A stretch of 64,000 nucleotides of DNA, from positions 55,676,001 through 55,740,000 of the forward strand of contig NC_042999.1 in NCBI RefSeq assembly GCF_006345805.1, in the 5' to 3' direction. This document shows, piece after piece, positions 25,156 to 36,171 of this stretch. Both the position numbers and the translations under genes were made by a program. Positions within the stretch are counted from its first letter, which is position 1. Every line of letters begins with the position of its first letter. The DNA is from Octopus sinensis (lineage: Eukaryota). The notes beneath the pieces are model-generated. The model had not been told where the DNA came from and did not search any database. It saw nothing but the letters and a program-made list of their open reading frames with translations.

Positions 25156-27422
25156 TACACTGAGTGTAGATAAGAGTATACAAAGGGTGTGTGCAAGCAG
25201 GTGTATATACAGTGTATGAAAGAATGTATAAAGACTGATGTCATGTGATTGAGGACCAGACTATCAGATGTTGTTATACATCACTTGTCACAATGCACTT
25301 TGCATTGTTTTAGCTTTCAAAGGATGCCACCACCCCAACTGGGTGGAGTGAGCAGGACAACATCAAGGTGCCACTCGGTCTGGCAATCAAACCCATGATT
25401 TAGCAATTGTGAGTGCAACATCCTAAACACTAGGTCATACACCTTCAACTATATATATATGGCAATGACCAAGACCTTTGGCATCATGTCGTGCATGAGA
25501 AGAAGACCCATCAAGCCAGGAAAAATTGTAGTTGTGAGAGAATCCGGTGTCATGCAAATGGCACCCATGCTGGTAGCATGTAAAAGCACCCATTACACTC
25601 TTGGAGTGGTTAGTGTTAGGAAGAGTATCCAGCCTTTCAAGTGTTGGGCCTCACGGAGGCAATGACCAAGACCTTTGGCATTATGTCATACTTAAGAAAA
25701 AGACCCATCAAACCAAACAAAATTGCAGTTTGGGCAGATACCAGTGTCACACAAATGGCATGTAAAAGCACCCATTACACTCTCGGAGTCATCATCATCA
25801 TCGTTTGACGTCCGTTTTCCATGCTAGCATGGGTTGGACGGTTCAACTGGGGTCTGGGAAGCCAGAAGGCTGCACCAGGCCCAGTCTGATCTGGCAGTGT
25901 TTCTACAGCTGGATGCCCTTCCTAACGCCAACCACTCCATGAATGTAGTGGGTGCTTTTTATGTGTCACCTGTACAGATGCCAGACGGGGCTGAGTGTTA
26001 GGAAGAGCATCCAGCCTTTCCAGTGTTGGGCCTCATGGAGGCAATGGCCAAGACCTTTGGCATTATGTCATGTTTGAGAAGACCCATCAAACCAAACAAA
26101 ATTGCAGTTTGGGCAGATACTGGTGTCACACAAATGGCATGTAAAAGCACCCATTACACACTCGGAGTGGTTGGTGTTAGGAAGGGCATTGAGCTGTAGA
26201 AACATTGCCAGACCAGATTGAACCCTGGTGCAGCCTTCCGGCTTGCCAGCCCTGGTCAAACCATCCAACCCATGCCAGCATGGACAACGGACATTAAATG
26301 ATGATAAATATGATGATGATGATGATGTTGACGGTGGTGACAATGATGATGAAAATGATGATGATGATGGTGGTAGTGGTAGTGGTTAGGATGACGATGA
26401 TGATGTTGAAGATGATGATGATGATGATGCTATATATAACAGAGAGTGTATATACTCATCATCATCATCATCCTCATCACTATTTTAAAGTTAACTTATC
26501 TGGGTTAGAAAGGATTAGAAGAAACTTAAGGAAGTTGGATGAAGGGGTCAGGGAAACATCCCAATCCCCTGTTTCACATAAGTCTTTAAGGCACAACTCA
26601 GTGCTTCCTTGTCAGATTGCAAACAACAACATTTAGACAGAACAAATAAAAGATTTAAAATAAATGATGGGCCTGTGCCGGTGGCACGTAAAAAGCACCC
26701 ACTACACTCACGGAGTGGTTGGTGTTAGGAAGGGCATCCAGCTGTAGAAACATTGCCAGATCAGATTGGAGCCTGGTGCAGCCTCCTGGCTTCCAGACCC
26801 CAGTTGAACCGTCCAACCCATGCTAGCATGGAAAGCGGACATTAAACGATGATGATGATGATGATGGGGTCATCATCACCATTTAATGTCCATTTTCCAT
26901 GCTGGCATGGGTTGGATGGTTTGACAGGAGCTGTCAAAGCCAGGCGGCTGCACCAGGTGCCAATGGTCTGTTTCAGCAAAGTTTCTACAGCTGGATCATC
27001 ACCATACATGCAATGGACTGGGGCCAGCAAGTTGGGGAGCTCCACCAGGTGTTCCAGTCTGATTTAGCTTGGTTTCACCAACTGGATGCCCTTCCTCACA
27101 CCAACCACATCACAGTGTGTACTTGGTGCTTTTTACATGGCACCATCACCTGTGCTTTTTATGTGGCCTAAAAACCCTTCAAGGCAGTGCCCCAGAAAGG
27201 TCACACTCCAATGAAAGAAAACCTTCAAATAAAAAGCAGTATCTTTGCAAAAATTCCATGGTGACTGTGATCATCTTTTGATTAGGACCCCCACATTATG
27301 ACACATGGTAACCCAAGTTCAAATCCTGGTCACTGCAAGTCTCTTCAACTTTTAATGGCAGTGCCCCAGCATGGCTACAGCCTCTGGTGGAAAAACCTGT
27401 AATAGAAACATTCCACAATAAA

Positions 27423-27792
27423 CATTATTTACATTTGACAGATATTTGTCCTCATCTTGTTTGTTGTTAACACAATGTTTCAGCTGATATACTCTCCAGC
27501 CTTCATCAGGTGTCTTAAGGAAATTTCGAACCTGCATTCTCATTCCTAAGGTATTTTTCAATTATTATTATTAATATTATTATTATTTTCGATGTTATTA
27601 ATAATAACATCAAAAAATACCTTAGGAATAAGAACCCAGGTCCGAAATTTCCCCATGACACCTGATGAAGGCTGGAGGGTATATCAGCCGAAACGTTGTG
27701 TTAACAGCAAACAAGATGAGGATAAATATCTGTCAAAATGTAAATAATGCAAATAATGTAAATAATTCCTCACCTCTTAAATATAGAACTGT
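27423..27792. mobile_element. Penelope-like inverted-repeat element carrying two hammerhead motifs (family A)
   Basis: Inverted ~150-bp arms; 13-bp TSD attccacaataaa (27410-22 / 27793-805). Confidence 0.8.
27657..27702 (+). ncRNA. Minimal type-I hammerhead ribozyme motif, family A (apparently intact)
   Basis: Helix I gacac/gtgtt; core CUGAUGA 27662-68; extra A; helix II ggctg/cagcc; GAAA 27690-93; ACGU palindrome; predicted cleavage GUU after 27697. Confidence 0.75.
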
Positions 27793-27823
27793 ATTCCACA
27801 ATAAAGCTATGATGTTTACTCAC

Positions 27824-28089
27824 CTATCATAATTTTTAATAAGTGGATAAAAGAAATGTCCAGCCACCGATGAGAACCGGTTGACCACAACCTCTGGCTG
27901 TTGTCGGTTGTGACCTTTACCAAAACGACGGGTCTTGCTGTCGATTCGCTTCTGAACAACTTCACGCCAATTATACGTAGCTTTCTCTGGTTGAATGAGG
28001 GACACTTTTATAGGATTTTCTGCGACGGTTTTCTTATCCTTCGCTGATTTCTTGGGTGAAGCAAGTTGTTGAGCTGCAACGGCCAGAAC
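27824..28089 (-). CDS. TELO2: TELO2 coding exon 15 (VLAVAAQQLASP...WREVVQKRIDSKTRRF...NRFSSVAGHFFYPLIKNYD)
   Basis: Acceptor cattttag|, donor AG|gtgagt; 266 nt; phase 0 to 2; matches human WRVVVEERIRSKT...RFNSVAGHFFFPLLQRFDR. Confidence 0.95.
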
Positions 28090-28271
28090 CTAAAATGATG
28101 CAATCAAGAAAAACAACAAATGATGAAGGTTTTTAACTAAAGATGTGGCATGAAAGGGTTTTGAGTAAGAAGTGAGAAGCTGGAAAGAAAAAAAAAAATA
28201 ACATAGGCACAGGCATGGGTAATACCACACACCCTTGCCTCTGCCTATGTTTACCTTCCCAACCAACCACG

Positions 28272-29160
28272 TGGTTCTGGGTTCAATCCCACTGCATGGC
28301 AGCTTGGGCAAGTGTCTTCTACTATAGCCTCAGACCAACCAAACCTTTGTCAGTGGATTTGGTAGACGGAAACTGAAAGAAGCTTGTTGTGTGTGCATGC
28401 ATGTGTGTGAGTGTTTTTGTGTGTGTGTTTGTTCCCTACCACTTGACAACCAGTGTTGGTGTGTTTACATCCCCGTAACTTAGCAGTTAGCACATGGTTC
28501 TGGGTCCAATCCCACTGCATGGCAGCTTGGGCAAGTGTCTTCTACTATAGCCTCAGACCAACCAAACCTTTGTCAGTGGATTTGGTAGATGGAAACTGAA
28601 AGAAGCTTGTTGTGTGTGCATGCATGTGTGTGAGTGTTTTTGTGTGTATGTTTGTTCCCTACCACTTGACAACCAGTGTTGGTGTGTTTACATCCCCGTA
28701 ACTTAGCAGTTAGCACATGGTTCTGGGTCCAATCCCACTGCATGGCAGCTTGGGCAAGTGTCTTCTACTATAGCCTCAGACCAACCAAACCTTTGTCAGT
28801 GGATTTGGTAGATGGAAACTGAAAGAAGCTTGTTGTGTGTGCATGCATGTGTGTGAGTGTTTGTGTGTGTGTGTTTGTTCCCTACCACTTGACAACCAGT
28901 GTTGGTGTGTTTACATCCCCGTAACTTAGCAGTTAGCACATGGTTCTGGGTCCAATCCCACTGCATGGCAGCTTGGGCAAGTGTCTTCTACTATAGCCTC
29001 AGACCAACCAAACCTTTGTCAGTGGATTTGGTAGATGGAAACTGAAAGAAGCTTGTTGTGTGTGCATGCATGTGTGTGAGTGTTTTTGTGTGTATGTTTG
29101 TTCCCTACCACTTGACAACCAGTGTTGGTGTGTTTACATCCCCATAACTTAGCAGTTTGG
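28272..29160 (+). repeat. Four tandem 223-bp units inside a family-b SINE
   Basis: tggttctggg starts at 28272, 28495, 28718 and 28941. Confidence 0.95.
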
Positions 29161-29287
29161 CAAAAGGGACCAACAGAATAAATACCAGGCTTAAAAAGAA
29201 AATAAGTCTGGGAGTGGGGGGGCAATTTGTTTGACTAACATTCTCTGAAGACTGAAACAAGAGAAAGATGAAAAGATAAAGCTTCAC

Positions 29288-29359
29288 CTCCAGTGTGTCC
29301 ATCCGTTGACGAATGTTGTAATTGCTTGCATAGACTTGGGATGTCAAATAGGTGGCTGT
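29288..29359 (-). CDS. TELO2: TELO2 coding exon 14 (TATYLTSQVYASNYNIRQRMDTLE)
   Basis: Acceptor ttcttgcag|, donor GAG|gtgaag; 72 nt; phase 0 to 0; near-identical to human [24 protein letters not shown]. Confidence 0.93.
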
Positions 29360-29888
29360 CTGCAAGAAAGGAAGTGGGGAAGGGTCAGTTAGTAATTAAT
29401 TATGACTAGCAATTAGTGTTTCAGCTATAGTCATCTTTGTCTCTCATCATCATCATGATCATCTCCAAACATTCATATGCAAAACAATTACGATTGTACT
29501 GATGATGATGATGATGATGATGATGGGAGGAGGAGGAGGGACAACAATGATGAGAATGGTGATGACCTTGCTGATGATAATGACAATGATGATGATAACG
29601 ATGATGATGATGAGGAGGAGGAGAATGGTAATGATAATCATGATGATGGTGGTGACAATAATGATGATGATGATGATGAATTCCATGGTGAATATCTAAA
29701 CACACAGACCTCCTGAAACAATGCCAATCATGACAAAAGTGTGAATGATAATGAGAAATTCATATAAGAAAATAATTTAATAATTTGTAGAATCATCAAA
29801 CCCACATGTTGGGAAATAAAGTGTAAGGCCAAGAAGGGAAAAAAAAAAGGGGAAATTAACTGTAAAAATGCAGAGAGTTTTCTCCCGT

Positions 29889-30299
29889 TTAGGTCTTAGA
29901 TCCTCTTGCACTGTCAGCACAATGGTAAACAAACCTTCTCCACACATCCTGATTGCTCACTTTTCTCTTAGCTCCACTCAGGTCAGCTCTCAATACTATC
30001 ACGTCATCCCATAGCGTACTACACCACATCTTCCTTGGTTTCCCTCTAAGTCTCTTCCCTCCTCTCAGAGACAACTCCATCACAAGGCAATCGAAGCACA
30101 TGGCCAGTAAGCCATAGCCACCACTTTGGTCCCCATGTCCTGCAAACTCCCCATGCCTGATCCTCTTATCACTTCTTTGTTTCTCATTCTGTTTTGGTAA
30201 GAGATGCTCAGAATTGAAGATAGGCAGCATCAATGGAACACATCCAGCAATCGAAAGATCTTCACTGTTCACAGACGTAGATGGCTGTTGGGATAACAA
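29889..30299 (-). mobile_element. Degenerate RTE LINE 3' coding fragment
   Basis: 'FAGHG...GKRLRGKPRKMWCSTL...DVWRRFV' resembles RTE C-termini. Confidence 0.5.
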
Positions 30300-31274
30300 T
30301 AGATGGATCTAGCTGCAGCTTTATCTTCTTTTACTCCTAAAACTGTAATATGATCACTGTATTGATCTCTCATTGATTTTCTGTTAGTTCTGAAACAATG
30401 ATTATAGAATAAAATCTTAGGTCACACTGACAAGACTAACAATGGCCCCTTAGCTTTCTGAATATTTCAATGGAGCAGGAATTAATCTTATTTCATAATA
30501 ACAAAATGAGGAACCCTACTTCATCATGTAAGCTTTATAGGCACCTTTAAAATTAAAGGTACCATAGATGAGAAAAACAACAAAGTACCTTAAACATTAA
30601 AAGTACCATGGAAAAGAGAAGAGATATTAGAGCACTGGACAACTAGTGTTTAGTTACAATCTTTTACATTTCAAGGTTCAAATCTCAGTGAGATTGCCTT
30701 TAGATTTCCTATTACCTGAGTCAATAAAATAAGCAAAAGGTAGTCCACTCTGTGGAGTGGTTGGTTTTAGGAAGGGCATCCAGCCTAAAAAACCCTGTCA
30801 AAACAGACGCAGAAGTTTGGTGCAGGCTCCTGCCTGGCCAGCTCCTGTCAAACTGTCCAACCTGTGCCAGCATGGAAGGAAGATGTTAAATGACGACGAC
30901 GATGATGATGACATATTGTTGCTGTTGTCATTCAGTTCTAGGTCAATCCATAGCTTTCCTTGATCACTGTGTATCTAAGACTACGTTATTCAATGTTATC
31001 TGTCTTCTTCGAAACAAAGTGTAGTCTGAAGAAGACTTGACTCCTATTTCTAGCAATTTCAACAATCATGTTGAGTTTCTTTTGTTGGTTCTACAAATAT
31101 CAATTATAATCATACAAAGGAGTAGATTAAACATACACACACACATCTCTATGGCTTTGTGACTAATGAAGATATCAATGTTATCAGGACATCAATGAAG
31201 AAAGGAGACAAGGTGAACATGGCAACAAGGGGACATTCTATAGAACAAAATACAAAGTAAACAACATGACTTAC

Positions 31275-31391
31275 CTCAACAGGACATTCTACTAAGAGAG
31301 CCACAAGAGCCCTAAGTCTACATTCTAATAAATTGCTAAAGGAATGACTTTCAGTCAAGTGAAGAAGTATTTTAGCAAATTCTGCAGCAAT
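31275..31391 (-). CDS. TELO2: TELO2 coding exon 13 (IAAEFAKILLHL...RLRALVALLVECPVE)
   Basis: Acceptor ctttacag|, donor GAG|gtaagt; 117 nt; phase 0 to 0; matches human VSVELAKVLLHL...RQRALVAVTV. Confidence 0.92.
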
Positions 31392-31904
31392 CTGTAAAGA
31401 AAGTCATGTGACAGTGAGTTTATAGTGGCATAGAACATTAATATTGTATCACACAGATCAGAGTGTCTTTAACAAACCAGAGTAACTCAACGTACCACAC
31501 CATGGTGATTTAATGCATCACTTAGTAGTTTCATAGTAGTGGCACAGTGTAACACACAGTAGTAGCACATTAAAATATTACAGCATTTTTGTATAAGAGG
31601 CTGCAGTGTGTTGGACTATGATTTCACAAGGACTTAGTGCAACACACAGCACTGGTACAATGCAACATATTGTAGTGATTCAGTGAAACTCACCTCAATG
31701 TTTAAGTATAGAGAGAGAGAGAGAGAGAGAGAGAGCAATAAGAAAATGGAGGGGATCAATAGGTGGTATTCATCAATTTTTAGACATTATATTATGTCAG
31801 TTTATTTATTCATTTACTAAAATGACAATTACAAGAATATACATACATGTATAACGTATGTTTTACATATAAAATATATAAAGATACCAGTAATTATTAA
31901 AATA

Positions 31905-32299
31905 CTAGCAGTATCGCCCGGCGTTGCTCGGGTTTGTAAGGGAAATAATTATATAAGCATTTTTAGAGATGTAAAGTATAATAGCCATCTCAATATGGCT
32001 AACCACAAAGGGGGAGGGGTGTTACTGTAGCTTTTTACGTTCTGAGATATAATAATAAATTTTAGAGAGTTACTTCCCTTATATATGTCAAAAATGGATT
32101 AAAAATGGGAAAAATTGATGGTAAATTTTTTTTTAAATCGTAGACTCATCGTAGACGCATGCTAATACCCAGACGGTCTCGATATGAATCACGACTATAA
32201 GATACCCGGTTTTGGTTAAACTGCACCGCAAAATGTGGGAGTAGTTAGGAATCTAAATCGTAGGAGACAGACACACAACCTCACTTTTATATATAAAGA
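31905..32299 (-). mobile_element. Non-autonomous Helitron-like element
   Basis: On the minus strand it starts A|TC (32299) and ends with a CCCG-agcaacgc-CGGG hairpin then CTAG|T (31905); no TSD. Confidence 0.75.
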
Positions 32300-32467
32300 T
32301 TTCCTCTATTTACATAATATTGAGGTCTCTTTCTTTCTTTTGTTATCTTACTGTTTTTACCAATATACATATATATATATATATATATATAAATATATAT
32401 ATAGTTACAGAGATGTACTTGCATAGCAAGTGACTTGATCTGAGATCGTGTGCTGGAACGAAAACAG

Positions 32468-32726
32468 TTGCAGCGTTGAAGGTGTTTATAAGCCATTTAA
32501 GAAACACACAAAAACCGTTAGATTCACTTCAACATTTAAATTTAATTTGTCAAAATATTTTCGTCGCTTTGAGACCGCGACCTGTTAGCACGATATTTTT
32601 GTCAGTGAACAGGTCGCGGTCTCAAAGCGAGGAAAATATTTTGGCAAATTAAATTTAAATGTTGAAGTGAATCTAACGGTTTTTGTGTGTTTCTTAAATG
32701 GCTTACAAACACCTTCCACGCTGCAA
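32468..32726. repeat. 119-bp inverted repeat pair with 21-nt spacer
   Basis: 32468-32586 vs 32608-32726; 4 mismatches by eye. Confidence 0.93.
32598..32648 (+). ncRNA. Hammerhead-like motif, family C (G3-C8 swapped core)
   Basis: Helix I uuuguca/uggcaaa; core GUGAACA; extra G; helix II gucgc/gcga(g); GAAA; AAUAUU palindrome; UUU site after 32641. Confidence 0.6.
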
Positions 32727-33090
32727 TATATATATACACACATATATATATATATGTATGTATGTATGTGTGTATATGTGTATGCATGTATGTGTGTGTG
32801 TGTGCGTGTCTGTGCTTGTGATTGTCCTCCACCACTGCTTGACAACGAATGTTGGTTTGTTTACATCCCTGTCACCTAGTGGTTTGACAAAGGAAACAGA
32901 TAGAATAAGTACAATGCTTACAAAAATAAAACTGGAGTTGATTCATTAAACTACAATTCTTCAAGGCATTGCCCCAGCATGGCCACAGACCAATGGCTGG
33001 AAAAAGCAGAAGAATAAAAGAATACATTCTCTGCTTTGGTCTTATGTTCAAGGCATGAGAAAGCTTGAGTTTACATGAGAAGGCCTAACA

Positions 33091-33388
33091 GACCTGGTAG
33101 AAACAGCAGCCAAATCTCCCTCAAATCACACCTTACTGTCTTATGTATGTATATATATATGAGCCAATGAGGGGGACCTCTACATGGTAGCTAGACCTGG
33201 TAGAAATAGCAGCCAAATTTCCCCCAAATCACACCTTACTGTCTTATCTCTTATTATAAAAGTCTATGTATATATGTATGTATGAGCCTATGAGGGAGAC
33301 CCCTACATGGCAGCTAGACATGGTAGAAATAGCAGCCAAATCTCCCTCAAATCACACCTTACTGTCTTATGTATGTATATATATATAC
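33091..33388 (+). repeat. Three tandem ~103-123-bp units
   Basis: gac(c/a)tggtagaaa(c/t)agcagccaaat...caaatcacaccttactgtcttat starts at 33091, 33194 and 33317. Confidence 0.88.
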
Positions 33389-33888
33389 AAGCCACTACGG
33401 TTATTTAATGTAAAGTCTTCCTCAAATCACTCTCGCTATTTACTCTCTTCCAAGAACATTTTCACTCACTCTTATCTCTTAGCTTGCCATACATTTTACT
33501 CATGTATCTATCAGCGTGATAGACAGAAACAAATATTACATCGCCATCGCCATCGCATTCTATTGTCTACCTGTCAACACACACACAGTGAATTACTTTC
33601 ATTTTATTCGTTGCACACTGTGTGTGTGCGTGTGGTGTAAACCACATTAAGAAAAGCATTTGACATACACACCAGAATGTGAGTTTTGTGTAAATTTTGC
33701 TTAATTGGAGTTTAAATTTTAAAAACTGGACCTGGCATGACCCAATGCATTCTACTCTTAAAAATGCTAGGTAAATTGTAATTGAAAAAATCCTATATTG
33801 TAGATTTCTATAACTGACAAAGGGAGGCAGATAAAATCTGCCTTTTATAATAAGAGATATAACATACAGGAATAGATAGTGGGAAAAT

Positions 33889-34012
33889 ATCTTACAGCTG
33901 TTTCAGCCAAGAGGCAAAAATACCTCATGCTACCTGTATGCCTCCTGTAGACTGAAGTAATTAGTAGATGAAATTGAGGTACTTGGGTGCTTCTCTAGGC
34001 TTCATCAGAGAT
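33889..34012 (-). ncRNA. Hammerhead ribozyme motif, family B (long helix II)
   Basis: Helix I AUCU/AGAU; CUGAUGA 34008-34002; helix II agcc-u-agag / cucu-u-ggcu with a long distal extension; GAAA 33904-33901; ACAGCUGU palindrome; predicted GUA cleavage between 33893 and 33892. Confidence 0.65.
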
Positions 34013-34029
34013 TTATATATACATACATT

Positions 34030-34326
34030 GGAGGCGCAATGGCCTAGTGGTTAGGGCAGCGGACTCGTGGTCACAGGATCGCGGTTTCGATTCCCAGACC
34101 GGGCGTTGTGAGTGCTTATTGAGCGAAAACACCTAAAAGATCCACGAGGCTCCGGCAGGGGGTGGTGATCCCTGCTGTACTCTTTCACCACTCTTTCTCT
34201 CACTCTTTCTTCTGTTGGCCTGCTCGCTTAGCCAGCGGGGTGGCGTCATTCGAAGGCTAAAACAATGCGAACGCATTGTGACCAGCGATGTGTAACAACA
34301 TCTGATGGTCTGGTCGGTCACGTGAT
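34030..34326 (+). mobile_element. tRNA-derived SINE, family a (tail type 1)
   Basis: A-box tggcctagtggttagg and B-box ggtttcgattcc; another full copy at 16179-16473 (-); 3' fragments at ~3495-3610 and ~1040-1150. Confidence 0.85.
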
Positions 34327-34379
34327 ATACATACATATATATATATATACATATATATATATATTCATATATATATACA

Positions 34380-34419
<40 letters not shown>

Positions 34420-34468
34420 TATACATATATATATAATTAATTAATAAGAAAATTAATTAATAAAATAA

Positions 34469-34609
34469 AAATTATTTGAAAATCAAATCTTGTCAGAGGT
34501 AGTTTAAGATATACAAAATAGGTGTTCGATATACTCAACATGCAGGAATTGAACACCTATTTTGTATATCTTAAACTACCTCTGACAAGATTTGATTTTC
34601 AAATAATTT
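34469..34609. repeat. Perfect 59-bp inverted repeat with 23-nt spacer
   Basis: 34469-34527 vs 34551-34609; imperfectly extended by 34447-64 / 34615-33. Confidence 0.93.
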
Positions 34610-34827
34610 AAAACTTTATTAATTAATTTTCTGAAGGTCCGGAATTGAAACAGCTGTAAGAGATGTTGTCAACTTTTTAATTAAATAATAATTTATTAAT
34701 TATCCCTCTATTTTCTTATTTTATTGAAATAAATAAATATAGTTACCTTACAGTTGAATATTAATTATAATGTTCAACATTCTTTGTATAGGTGACTAAC
34801 CAATATCCCTTAATGACGTTTGTAACC

Positions 34828-34878
<51 letters not shown>

Positions 34879-36079
34879 TCATCATCATTTAACGTCTACT
34901 TTCTATGCTGACATGGATTGGATAGTTTGACCGAGGACTGACAAGGCAGCTGGCTACACCAGGCTCCAATCTGATCTAGCAAGGTTTGTACAGCTGGACG
35001 GCCTTCCTAACGCCAACCGATCCGAGAGTGTAGTGGGTGCTTTTTCATCATCATCATTTAACATTTAACTCCATGCTGGAGCCGTTCAGCTGGAGAGTGG
35101 CACCTGGTTCCAATCTGATTTGACATAGTTTTTATGGCTGGATGCACCTCCTAACACCAAGGATATATATTCTTTTATTTATTTCAGTCATTTGACTGTG
35201 GCCATGCTGGAGCACTACATTTAATCGAAGAAATCGACCCCAGCACTTATTCTTTGTGAGCCTAGTCAGTTGTAAAGCGATGTTGTGGGGACAAACACAG
35301 ACACACAAACACACATATATACGATGGGCTTCTTTCAGTTTCTGCCTACCAAATTCACTCACAAGGCTTTGGTCAGCCCGAGGCTATAGTAGAAGACACT
35401 TGCCCAAGGTGCCACACAGAGGGACTGAACCCAGAACCATACGGTTGGTAAGCAAGCTACTTTCCACACAGCCATGCCTGCACCTATAAAATTTTTATGT
35501 AAAATATTTAAAATGTCATATTGGTTTTTATTATTTGGTGGCTGTCTCTAATTAAACTGTGGATAATCCACTGGGTTTGCTAGTAATAAATAACGCTGTC
35601 AGCGGCTATTCGAGTATGATCGTTACCAGTGTCGCCTTACCTGCACTTATGCCTGTGCTAGTAGGGTGCCAAGAGCACCATCCGAGTGTGATCATTGCCA
35701 GAGCAGCCAACTGGCTTCCATGCCAGTGGCACATAAAACGGTACCATTCGAGCATGATCATTACCAACATCACTTCACTGGCACGTGCAAAAAGATTCGA
35801 GTGAGGTCATTGCCAGTACCGCCTGACTGGCACATAAAAAGCACCCACTACACTCTCGGAGTGGTTGGCGTTAGGAAGGGCATCCAGTTGTAGAAACTCT
35901 GCCAGATCAAGATTGGAGCCTGGTGCAGCCATCTGGTTCACCAGCCCTCAGTCAAAATCGTCCAACCCATGCTAGCATGGAAAGCAGACGTTAAACGATG
36001 ATGATGATGAAAGACAAAAGTGAAGACAGGAGTTTTCGAAACATTCATCTCCACCATCTGAGAGACAATATCAACTTAC

Positions 36080-36171
36080 TTCTGTCAAACCATAATGACT
36101 TGAAGATATCAATTCTTCAGCTACTTTCAGACAAGCTTCAACACGTTCTGGGTCTTCAGTTCCAATCAGAC
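36080..36171 (-). CDS. TELO2: TELO2 coding exon 12 (LIGTEDPERVEACLKVAEELISSSHYGLTE)
   Basis: Acceptor ttttaaag|GT, donor GAA|gtaagt; 92 nt; phase 1 to 0; matches human [21 protein letters not shown]. Confidence 0.9.

Noticed and set aside
29421-29716. Poly-His/Asp/Met ORFs (also 19149-19598, 26298-26636)
   Set aside because: They are trinucleotide microsatellites inside TELO2 introns, with no splice or homology support.
34627-34664. Second family-B hammerhead on the + strand
   Set aside because: Core reads CUGAAGG and helix II is deleted; treated as a truncated inverted copy.
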